DNA of 60,972 nucleotides, the filler included. It is 4 parts of 4 records of this genome, joined end to end, with 100 filler letters (N's around TTAATTAATTAA, not from the genome) between each part and the next. Parts side by side here need not be neighbours in the genome. Positions count along the whole stretch, not along the records: positions 1 to 30,306 come from SRR31156797_7302; positions 30,407 to 43,297 come from SRR31156797_7320; 2 more parts are not named here. One strand, written 5' to 3'. The notes under the pieces were generated by a model that searched no databases, was not told where the DNA came from, and saw only the letters and a list, made by a program, of their open reading frames with translations. Position numbers and translations under genes: made by a program. Shown piece after piece: positions 22,210 to 30,498 of this stretch (position 1 is the first letter of the stretch; each line of letters starts with the position of its first letter).

Positions 22210-22392
22210 TTGATATTTCGGTGCGCTGCACCCCTCGTTTCAATCCTGCCTGATTTCCCTACAAAGGTTAACGCCACTCCTGCCTCGTCCGGCAAGGTGG
22301 GCTGTGCTCAATTTTCAGGTGCAGCGCACCGGCAATCTTTGCAGATTTTTGTACGTCAGAGTATTTAAAGGTGCAGCGCACCGAAACATCAA
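22210..22392. repeat. REP/MITE-like palindromic element
   Basis: 23-bp terminal inverted repeats with 1 mismatch (22210-22232, 22370-22392); three copies of the GGTGC-N3-GCACC hairpin. Confidence 0.7.
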
Positions 22393-22815
22393 ATTTTGGG
22401 CAGGCAAAAGAAATGAACAATCCAGAAAGTATCCGGGACCAGGCTACAGCACTGGGTGCCTTTTTTGAGCACTGTCTTTTTCTATAAAATACTTTTATAG
22501 ATCAAATAATTCCCCATGAATACTTTATTTATAGTGCAAACCGCTTTAGCATACTTCATAAAGTATCAAATTCATTGAATTCTATCACTCAACATGGGCA
22601 CACAGTAAGTACCGATCTGGACTCCTCAAATTTTTTATCAGTAAAAGCATAGGTGTTGCTACCAAATAATCCCTGTTTTCCCGGGTTTTGTAACTTAGCC
22701 GGATGAACTGATCCTACAGAAATGCATGGGCTATTGTGATCAGCTATTATGATCAGGAAATACAAGTACAGGTTCATCGAAGCATTAAATCAAACTTCGA
22801 ACAAATCAAAACCCA

Positions 22816-23508
22816 ATGAAAACACTCGGATTGATCGGCGGAACAGGATGGGTTTCTACCATCGAATATTACAGAAAGATAAACACGGGCATCAATGCTA
22901 AGCTGGGCGGACTGGAGGCTGCAAAACTGATCATGTATTCAGTGAATTTTGGAGAGATCGACCGCCTGGGCATCGCCGGGAATCCCGGAAAGGTGTCAGC
23001 AATCTTCGTGGATGCCGCCAAAAAACTCGATGCTGCCGGCGCTGACAGTATCATGCTTTGTGCCAACACACCGCACATGTTCGCCGATCAGGTTTTGCAG
23101 GAAATCCACATCCCGCTCATTCATATCGGGGAGGCTACCGCCAAAGCTATCAACAATCAGGGAATGAAGAGAGTAGCCTTACTCGGCACACGCTTTACCA
23201 TGGAAATGGATTTTTATCGCGATAAGCTAAACAACGCCGGTATAGAAATGATGGTGCCTGAAAATGAGGATAAGGAATATGTGCATGATTCAATTATCAA
23301 CGAATTGCTGAGAGAAGTTTTCAGGCCGGAAACCAAAACCGGGTTTCTGAAGATTATTGATAAAATGATTGATCAGGGCGCAGAAGGGATTGTGCTGGGA
23401 TGTACAGAAATACCCTTGCTGATCAATGCTAAAGATGTGAGTGTGCCTGTACTCGATACATTGGATATTCATGCTGCGGCAGCAGTTGAATTTGCACTTG
23501 GCAAATAA
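22816..23508 (+). CDS. Aspartate/glutamate racemase family protein
   Basis: MKTLGLIGG, CANTPH, LLGTRFTM, LGCTEIP (two catalytic Cys). Confidence 0.92.
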   Translation: MKTLGLIGGTGWVSTIEYYRKINTGINAKLGGLEAAKLIMYSVNFGEIDRLGIAGNPGKVSAIFVDAAKKLDAAGADSIMLCANTPHMFADQVLQEIHIPLIHIGEATAKAINNQGMKRVALLGTRFTMEMDFYRDKLNNAGIEMMVPENEDKEYVHDSIINELLREVFRPETKTGFLKIIDKMIDQGAEGIVLGCTEIPLLINAKDVSVPVLDTLDIHAAAAVEFALGK

Positions 23509-23679
23509 GTCCGGCTATTGTATCCCGCAAAGCAGTTAACCTCGGACCGGCTTTTTTTCTATATCGAATCCCTTTTTGGCGTATTGGTTTTCGATATTTT
23601 TTGGATTCAATAAAACGTCGGCTATGCTCCAATGATATTCAACACACAAATATGTTTTAGATAAAAAGTGATTTTCTTT

Positions 23680-23687
23680 TACTTTTG
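23680..23687 (+). promoter_or_regulatory. Bacteroidota -7 element upstream of the aminopeptidase
   Basis: TACTTTTG matches TAnnTTTG. Confidence 0.45.
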
Positions 23688-23715
23688 CCATCATAAAATT
23701 CAAAATCAAAAAATT

Positions 23716-24867
23716 ATGAAGAATAGTATACTCATTACACTTGCACTGTGTATAGCCGGCTTTACCCAAGGTGTTGCACAAGATGATGCAGAAGAGGTAA
23801 AAATCGGAGAATACACGTTTAAGGATGTCAAAATTGTTCCACATACTCCCGTAAAGGATCAGCACCGTTCGGGAACATGCTGGTCGTTTGCCGGAACCTC
23901 GTTCATCGAGGCCGAGGTGTTGCGTAAGGGAGGGCCGGAGTTGGATCTTTCTGAGATGTGGGCTGTGCGACATGCATATGAGCGTCGGGCGGATAATTTC
24001 GTGCAACTCCATGGTAATTACAATTTTGGACCGGGAGGTGAGCCGCACCAGGTTATGCAAACATTTGCAGAACGTGGATATGTAACCGATGCGGCCTATG
24101 ATGGACTTAATATTGGTGAAGATTTACACACCCATGGCGAGATGGACAATGTCCTCCAGGCTTTTGTGGAAGCAATTGTTGAAAACAAAAACCGTAAATT
24201 GTCACCGGTGTGGATGCAGGCTTACAACGGAATTTTAGATGCCTATCTGGGGGAGATGCCCGAAACTTTTGAATATGACGGGGCTGAGTTTTCACCCGAA
24301 AAATTCGCTGAAGTTGTTATGGGGCTGAATCCCGGTGATTACGTGGAGATCACTTCTTACATGGACCACGATTATTATCGCAACTTTCTCCTGAAAATTC
24401 CTGACAACTGGGATTACGAAATGTACTACAACGTACCGATGGTTGACCTGACCAACATCATCGATTTTGCACTCGATCGCGATTATTCAGTAGCATGGGC
24501 CGCAGATGTAAGCTGTAAAGGATTCAATCATAAAAAAGGACTGGCACTGATCCCTGAAAAAGATTGGGGCGATATGAGTAAAGGTGAGCGCGACAGCGTG
24601 TTTATAATACCGGTCAAACAACAAGTGATTACTCCCGAAATGCGCCTGGAAGCTTACAACAATTACACCACCACCGACGATCACAGCATGCACATCATTG
24701 GGTATGCAGAAGATCAGGACGGCAACCGCTGGTACAAGGTAAAGAATTCATGGGCAGAAGACAGCAACGATTTTGGTGGTTACTTCTATGCCTCCAAATC
24801 ATACATTGAACTTCGCACCATCGCCATTTATGTTTCGAAAGATGTGATGCCGCAGGGGATCAATTAG
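23716..24867 (+). CDS. Exported aminopeptidase C (papain-like C1B)
   Basis: Signal peptide; QHRSGTCWSF, DDHSMH, YKVKNSW. Confidence 0.9.
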   Translation: MKNSILITLALCIAGFTQGVAQDDAEEVKIGEYTFKDVKIVPHTPVKDQHRSGTCWSFAGTSFIEAEVLRKGGPELDLSEMWAVRHAYERRADNFVQLHGNYNFGPGGEPHQVMQTFAERGYVTDAAYDGLNIGEDLHTHGEMDNVLQAFVEAIVENKNRKLSPVWMQAYNGILDAYLGEMPETFEYDGAEFSPEKFAEVVMGLNPGDYVEITSYMDHDYYRNFLLKIPDNWDYEMYYNVPMVDLTNIIDFALDRDYSVAWAADVSCKGFNHKKGLALIPEKDWGDMSKGERDSVFIIPVKQQVITPEMRLEAYNNYTTTDDHSMHIIGYAEDQDGNRWYKVKNSWAEDSNDFGGYFYASKSYIELRTIAIYVSKDVMPQGIN

Positions 24868-24883
24868 TGTTTACTTAAGATAC

Positions 24884-24922
24884 AAAGCTTCCGTGATCTG
24901 AATAGGATACGGAAGCTTTTTT
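24884..24922 (+). terminator. Intrinsic terminator after the aminopeptidase
   Basis: AAAGCTTCCGT...ACGGAAGCTTT followed by a T tract. Confidence 0.8.
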
Positions 24923-24965
24923 ATTCTTATTATAACGGTAGTTTGCCCCTTTTTTAAACGGGTAA

Positions 24966-25056
24966 CTCCGGCCCCATCAAGCGGAAGGGTAGGTGCCGAA
25001 TCACAGACTGGTGTATGCTCGAGCAAAGCTCGGCAGGATGGGGCCAGTAGCGGATT
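24966..25056. ncRNA. Candidate structured RNA of unknown class
   Basis: Nested stems GGCCCCATC/GATGGGGCC and TGCCGA/TCGGCA in a GC-rich patch within an AT-rich spacer. Confidence 0.35.
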
Positions 25057-25167
25057 TTTAATATAACAAACACACCAAATACCTTGTCATTAGTACCGTA
25101 GGGAGAAATCTACAACTTTTATCCCGACACTAGTGATAAACTGTATAATAATTTTACGAACAATACC

Positions 25168-25623
25168 ATGGCATCAACCAACCCATTAGAAATTCATTTC
25201 ATGAAAGCCGCAATCGCGCAAGCAAAGGAGAGTAACACCGCTTTTGGCTGTGTGATTGTCGAAGGAGATGAGATTTTAGTGAAAGCCTTTAATACCGTGA
25301 AAAGAGACAAAGATGTGACCGCCCACGCCGAAATCAATGCCCTACGGAAGCTGGGCAGCTTAACCGGGCACCAGGATAAAAACCTGACACTCTACACCAC
25401 CGGTGAGCCTTGCCCCATGTGCATGACAGCCATCATGTATGCCGGAATTGAAAAGGTTGTTTTTGGTGTTCCGATTGTTGAGATATCTAAATTTAAAAAG
25501 CAGATCATGATATCCTCACAGGAAGTTGTGGATAAGGGTTTTAAACAAATCGAAGTAAAAGCTGGCATCTTATATCAAGAATGCTTAAATTTGTTCGAAA
25601 CCAACAGTCATGATCAACGTTAA
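25168..25623 (+). CDS. Zinc-dependent nucleoside/nucleobase deaminase (CDA superfamily)
   Basis: HAE and PCPMC zinc motifs; FGCVIV. Confidence 0.9.
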   Translation: MASTNPLEIHFMKAAIAQAKESNTAFGCVIVEGDEILVKAFNTVKRDKDVTAHAEINALRKLGSLTGHQDKNLTLYTTGEPCPMCMTAIMYAGIEKVVFGVPIVEISKFKKQIMISSQEVVDKGFKQIEVKAGILYQECLNLFETNSHDQR

Positions 25624-26779
25624 ATTTGTAGCCTACGAAGGAGCCCCTGAACAGCTCTTTAAAAGCGGGAAAGAAAAATTTCTGGAACGTTTTCCTGATA
25701 TCGAATTCGAGTTTTTTGCCCCCAGTCCCGATATCCTGATTTTTTTAAGTGGTGGTTCCGAACAGAAAGCCATCTCAGATTTAAAACCCGGGAACTTTTA
25801 CCTGCTTACGGCATTTGAAGAAAACAACAGCTATGCTGCAGCTTCGGAAGTTAAGGCACGGCTGGATAAGCTAGGCATCCCCTCGATGCTCACCGATTTG
25901 CACGAATCCCACGACCGGAAAATCATCCTCAGGTATATTCGCGCTAAACAAGGCCTAAGGTTGTTGCATGGAAAGTCACTCGGAATGATTGGAGAAGTAT
26001 CGCCATGGTTGCTGGCTTCCACGATTGAACCCGAAGTAATGAAACAAAAGCTTGGTATACTTTTAAAGGAGATTCCCTGGGATGAAGTGCGCAACTTTGA
26101 GGAGTTTACATACCAGGCAGATTTCCTGGAAAAGTTCCCGTATGACAATATAACTGAAACGGCTAATGCAGCCCGCATTCATGAAGCCCTGAAAGACACC
26201 ATTCAACGTGAAAAGCTGGATGCCATAACCATTGAGTGCTTTTCACTGGTGAGGGAAAAGGGTGTTACCGCCTGCCTCTCGCTATCAGAATTTAACGATG
26301 AGGGCCTGCCCGCCGGATGTGAGGGCGATCTCTGCAGCATTACCGGAATTATGCTCGTACAGGCCGTCACCGGCAAAATTCCATGGATGGCCAACCTGAT
26401 CAAAGTGAGCCTCGATTGTGTTCGATTTGCCCATTGCACTGCACCCACCAATCTGCTGGAGAGTTTTGAGATCGATACCCATTACGAAACTGGCCTGGGT
26501 ACAGCTGTTGCAGGAAAATTCGGATCGGAATACATTACTGTGTTCAGGTTTGATAATACCATATCCAAAGCTTTTATCAGCGAAGGCAGGGTAATTTCTA
26601 CCCACAAAAGCGAACATGCCTGCCGCACGCAAATAGAAGTGGGATTACCCGAAAAAGATGCAAAATTGCTGAAACATCATCCGCTGGGAAATCACCACCT
26701 GATTATTCCCGGAAACCACAAATCCCTGCTGAAAATGGCCTGTAAGATCACAGGTATGGTTGTGGTGAATCCTGAATAA
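25610..26779 (+). CDS. L-fucose/L-arabinose isomerase-like protein
   Basis: TIECF, GCEGD, FAHCT, CRTQ, GNHH motifs; overlaps the deaminase gene by 14 nt. Confidence 0.7.
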   Translation: MINVKFVAYEGAPEQLFKSGKEKFLERFPDIEFEFFAPSPDILIFLSGGSEQKAISDLKPGNFYLLTAFEENNSYAAASEVKARLDKLGIPSMLTDLHESHDRKIILRYIRAKQGLRLLHGKSLGMIGEVSPWLLASTIEPEVMKQKLGILLKEIPWDEVRNFEEFTYQADFLEKFPYDNITETANAARIHEALKDTIQREKLDAITIECFSLVREKGVTACLSLSEFNDEGLPAGCEGDLCSITGIMLVQAVTGKIPWMANLIKVSLDCVRFAHCTAPTNLLESFEIDTHYETGLGTAVAGKFGSEYITVFRFDNTISKAFISEGRVISTHKSEHACRTQIEVGLPEKDAKLLKHHPLGNHHLIIPGNHKSLLKMACKITGMVVVNPE

Positions 26780-27156
26780 TGCGGGTTTTTGGAGATTGAA
26801 TACGAAGTTACACACTTTACTTGTTCCTTATTTTTACATCACTGAAATATTAATTTCTTTATTGACGAAAGCAGGAATTGTTCACAGGGAAATTTCCAAT
26901 CCCACCCACTTTTTTTTGTCTTCATTCAACAATTGCACCTGAATTTCATTACTAATGTTGTAAACATTAAATCCTAACCCCGGATATTGCATTGGATTTT
27001 TTGTGCGTATTGAAATTACAAAAAGCAAGTTGTTTTCTGAATCGAGGCCTGTTACTACTATAGTGGGTTGAGAGAAGAAAGTGTGACGACTTGTTTTGAA
27101 ACAGCTCGGTGCGTACATCATTTCCTAAAGTATTTTCCGGGAAGAAAATTTCAATC

Positions 27157-28776
27157 ATGAAGAATAACGCAAATACACTTTTTATACTTTATGGCAGCCG
27201 TACCGGCAATGCAAAATCAATTGCTATACTGGCTTACGAATATGCACGACACCTTGGTTATGAAGCAGTTTGTGAAGATATGCAGGCCTTTGATTTTGAT
27301 AAGCTGGGCCAGATAAAGAATCTCCTGGTTACGGTAAGCACCCACGGCGAGGGAGAGCCCCCGGTTCAGGCTGAAGGTTTTTATGATTTTGTCCATGGCC
27401 CGGATGTACCATCAAAACTGGATTTTAAATATGCAGTTGTTGGACTGGGTGACAGCAGCTACCGCTATTATTGCCAGACCGGAAAGGACATTGATAAACG
27501 TTTTGAAGAGCTGGGTGCACAGCGTGTTTTGGAGGTAGAAAGCTGCGACATAGATTTTGAGGAGACAGCCAAGGATTGGGTTGTGAATGCCCTGGAGGCT
27601 TTTAAACCGCACCTGAAAGCAAAGCACAAGCGGGGTAAGGATTGCTTTGTATTTGAACTCAGGTTGCAGGACAGCGACAGCCACTACAAGGCCGAACTCC
27701 TCGATAAACGGCTGCTCACCGGTCCCGACTCAACCAAAAAAGTATTGCATGTAAGCCTTTCACTAAAGAACTCAGGCATCGATTATCTGCCCGGCGATGC
27801 CATTGGCGTGCATGGCGCAAACTCCCGCCTGTTTGTGGATGAGTTGTTGAATGCCATGGGATACGACAAGGCTTATCCTGTAAAAACCAAAGACCAGGTA
27901 CGATTGCTGAAGGAGGTGTTGATAAACGATTATGAGCTGACGCTGGTTACCCCGCTGGTGATGAAAAAATATGCCGAACTGGCAAAACAGGAAACGCTTG
28001 ACCTTTTGTTGCAGGATGCTGAGAAAACCCAGGCCTGGGCCGACCGGCACGATATCCTCGACATGGTAACTGCATTCCCCGCTGGTCTCGCCGTTGAGGA
28101 TTTCCTTTCGGTGCTCCGCAAGCTGGGTCCGCGCTTGTATACTGTGGCTTCCAGTATTGCATATCAGCCTGATAAAGTGGATATCACCGTTAAAGTGATC
28201 GAAAATGAAGATGAGAAAAGGACCCGCCATGGTGTGGTTTCTTCATTCCTGTGGCATCGCCTCGATAAAGGGGATAAGGTGCCTGTTTCACTGGAGAAGA
28301 TTGAAAAGTTCAGGTTGCCCGAAAACGATGAGACACCGGTGATCATGATTGCAGCCGGAACCGGCATTGCGCCTTACCGTGGATTTTTGCAGGAACGCAG
28401 GAAACGCCAGGCCAAAGGCCAAAACTGGCTGATCTTTGGTGAAAGAAACAGCAAATCGGATTATCTGTATGAGGAGGAATTCCAGGCTTATTTAAAAGCG
28501 GGTTTCCTTGATCGGGTTGATACGGCCTTTTCCAGGGATCAGGAGCAAAAAATCTATGTGGGGCATCTGATCGAAAAGTATGCAGCCGATATTGCAGACT
28601 GGATGAATCGGGGAGCGATCCTCTACGTGTGCGGCAGCAAAGACCGGATGGCCAAAAATGTGCGGAAATCCCTTGAAAATGTATTCCAAAAAGAACTTAA
28701 TCTCGACAGCAAATCAGCACAACAAAATCTGGAAGCGCTTAAAGCACAGCGAAGATACCAGGAGGAGGTTTATTAG
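27157..28776 (+). CDS. Diflavin (FMN/FAD) NADPH oxidoreductase, CysJ-like
   Basis: Flavodoxin YGSRTGNA, STHGEGEPP, GLGDSSY; RLYTVASS; AGTGIAPYR; AFSRDQ; YVCG; RYQEEVY. Confidence 0.9.
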   Translation: MKNNANTLFILYGSRTGNAKSIAILAYEYARHLGYEAVCEDMQAFDFDKLGQIKNLLVTVSTHGEGEPPVQAEGFYDFVHGPDVPSKLDFKYAVVGLGDSSYRYYCQTGKDIDKRFEELGAQRVLEVESCDIDFEETAKDWVVNALEAFKPHLKAKHKRGKDCFVFELRLQDSDSHYKAELLDKRLLTGPDSTKKVLHVSLSLKNSGIDYLPGDAIGVHGANSRLFVDELLNAMGYDKAYPVKTKDQVRLLKEVLINDYELTLVTPLVMKKYAELAKQETLDLLLQDAEKTQAWADRHDILDMVTAFPAGLAVEDFLSVLRKLGPRLYTVASSIAYQPDKVDITVKVIENEDEKRTRHGVVSSFLWHRLDKGDKVPVSLEKIEKFRLPENDETPVIMIAAGTGIAPYRGFLQERRKRQAKGQNWLIFGERNSKSDYLYEEEFQAYLKAGFLDRVDTAFSRDQEQKIYVGHLIEKYAADIADWMNRGAILYVCGSKDRMAKNVRKSLENVFQKELNLDSKSAQQNLEALKAQRRYQEEVY

Positions 28777-28815
28777 CAGTTTTCAGTCGGCAGAATGTGG
28801 ACTGCGAACTCTACC

Positions 28816-30096
28816 CTAAGACACTAGCACTTCGCTTTTTACAGGTTTCAACTGGTCGATCCAGGTAGCTTTTTCATCGTAATGCATCAGGAAAGGCTTG
28901 TAAGTCTCATTTTTATCGCGATGGCGGATGTACTGAATGCGGAAATATTTTTCACCATTCAGTGGATTCTCCACAATACCCATCACCTGTGCTTTTCCCA
29001 TGGCTGCCGACATAGAAGGAGCCGTAACCGTTTTTGCCAGGCTCGAAGTCTCCCGGGCGGCAGTGGTAAAGATCTGGTAAGCCTCAGCCAGTGGAACCTG
29101 GAAATATCCGTATGGCCCTGTTTCCCTTTCGATGAACATATAGTAGGGCACCATGCCCATATTCACCTGCTGGTCCCACATCTTCGCCCACACTTCCGAA
29201 GAACTGTTGATGTGGCGCAGCAGTGGCGACTGCGTCCTGATCTCTGCCCCGGTGGCTTTGATATTTCGAACGGCCTCTGCAACCGCTTCATTCGACATCT
29301 CCTGGTAGTGGTTAAAGTGTGCCATGATGGACAGATGATACCCACTGTCGGTGATGTACCTGAAAAGATCGAGCATTTCCTGCGCTTCCTCATTGTACTG
29401 TGGCAGGAAAACAAACGGCCACCAGGTGAGCGATTTGGTGCCAAAACGGATGGTCTTCAGGTTGGGAAGGTCCGCATCTATCAGCGTGTCGATGTATTTT
29501 TTAATGGTGCGTGGGCTCATGATCATGGGGTCGCCGCCGGTAAACAGAATTTCGTGCACGGTTTCATTTTGCTTGATGTACTCGGCCACCAGATCGATTT
29601 CCTTCATCGAAAACTGCAGGTCGAGGTCTTTTACAAACTGCGGCCAGCGGAAGCAGAAGGTGCAGTTGGCATGGCAGGTCTGGCCCTGGGTAGGGAAGAA
29701 AAGCACGATGTCCTCGTATTTGTGCTGCACGCCGGGCAACGGCACCCCGTTGAGTTTGGGCACGTTCGACTGTTGCTGCGCCGGATGCGGATTGAGGCCC
29801 ATACGAATACGGTTGGCAAGCCGGGTGATCTCCGTTTCCGTTTTGCCCGAATCCACCGCAAGTTTCACGGCTTCATAATCCTCTTCCGGCAGCATATGTC
29901 GGTTGGGGAAAGTTAAAATATAGCAGGGGTCGGTTTCATAGTTGGCCCAGTCGATCAGATAGTCCACCACATAGTTGTTGGCCTTGAATGGCAGCACCCG
30001 CGAAACGATTTCGATTTCATGTTTTACTTCTTCCGGCAGCATTTTCATATATTCCAACTGCCTGAAATTTTTGACGTTATAGCTAAATAGTTTCAT
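28816..30096 (-). CDS. KamA-family (lysine 2,3-aminomutase-like) radical SAM protein
   Basis: QHKY, CHANCTFCFR (CxxxCxxC), LFTGGDP, HFNH, PYYMF, SMSAAMGK. Confidence 0.85.
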   Translation of the reverse strand: MKLFSYNVKNFRQLEYMKMLPEEVKHEIEIVSRVLPFKANNYVVDYLIDWANYETDPCYILTFPNRHMLPEEDYEAVKLAVDSGKTETEITRLANRIRMGLNPHPAQQQSNVPKLNGVPLPGVQHKYEDIVLFFPTQGQTCHANCTFCFRWPQFVKDLDLQFSMKEIDLVAEYIKQNETVHEILFTGGDPMIMSPRTIKKYIDTLIDADLPNLKTIRFGTKSLTWWPFVFLPQYNEEAQEMLDLFRYITDSGYHLSIMAHFNHYQEMSNEAVAEAVRNIKATGAEIRTQSPLLRHINSSSEVWAKMWDQQVNMGMVPYYMFIERETGPYGYFQVPLAEAYQIFTTAARETSSLAKTVTAPSMSAAMGKAQVMGIVENPLNGEKYFRIQYIRHRDKNETYKPFLMHYDEKATWIDQLKPVKSEVLVS

Positions 30097-30306
30097 GAGT
30101 TTTTCAATTTTGATTTTTACTAACTATTCAACAGCCCCGGGAAATATTTGTTCGGGGAGAAGGGTAGGGTTGGTCACAGGGTGATTAAATCTGAGGTGAA
30201 GCAGCAAAGAAAATGGGCTACTCAAAAAATCGGCTTTCAGCCGCAACCATCCAAAACACAAAAACCTTCGATAAGAGCATAGAAAATCAACGGGATGCCC
30301 CATAGG

Positions 30307-30406
30307 NNNNNNNNNNNNNNNNNNNNNNNNNNNNNNNNNNNNNNNNNNNNTTAATTAATTAANNNNNNNNNNNNNNNNNNNNNNNNNNNNNNNNNNNNNN
30401 NNNNNN
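30307..30406. other. Artificial contig linker
   Basis: N44-TTAATTAATTAA-N44, stops in all six frames. Confidence 0.98.
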
Positions 30407-30481
30407 AAAACTACTCATAGGGAAATTCATGCTAACTTAGGAATTCCACTCAGAAAAGTAAGGTCAATATCAAAAGCGTAA
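30407..30481 (+). CDS. C-terminal 24 aa of a gene cut by the contig edge, probably the AAA ATPase (IetA-like) partner
   Basis: KTTHREIHANLGIPLRKVRSISKA* is HTH-like and ends 17 nt before the S8 peptidase ATG. Confidence 0.45.
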   Translation, partial: KTTHREIHANLGIPLRKVRSISKA

Positions 30482-30498
30482 TCAATAGGGTGATATTA

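Noticed and set aside
24938..25056. c-di-GMP-I or SAM riboswitch assignment for the structured element
   Set aside because: Fragments such as GGCAAAC and ATCAAG/GGTGCC occur, but order, strand and core motifs do not fit; kept only as an unassigned candidate.
28882..29916. 344-aa ORF on the + strand
   Set aside because: Lies entirely antisense to the KamA-family gene, has no recognisable motifs, and is explained by GC-rich codon usage.
30097..30306. Possible riboswitch in the KamA leader
   Set aside because: Only short hairpins; no lysine or SAM riboswitch consensus recognised, and the region is cut by the contig end.
30351..30362. TTAATTAATTAA palindrome repeated three times in the window
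   Set aside because: Artificial linker inside N runs, not biological.
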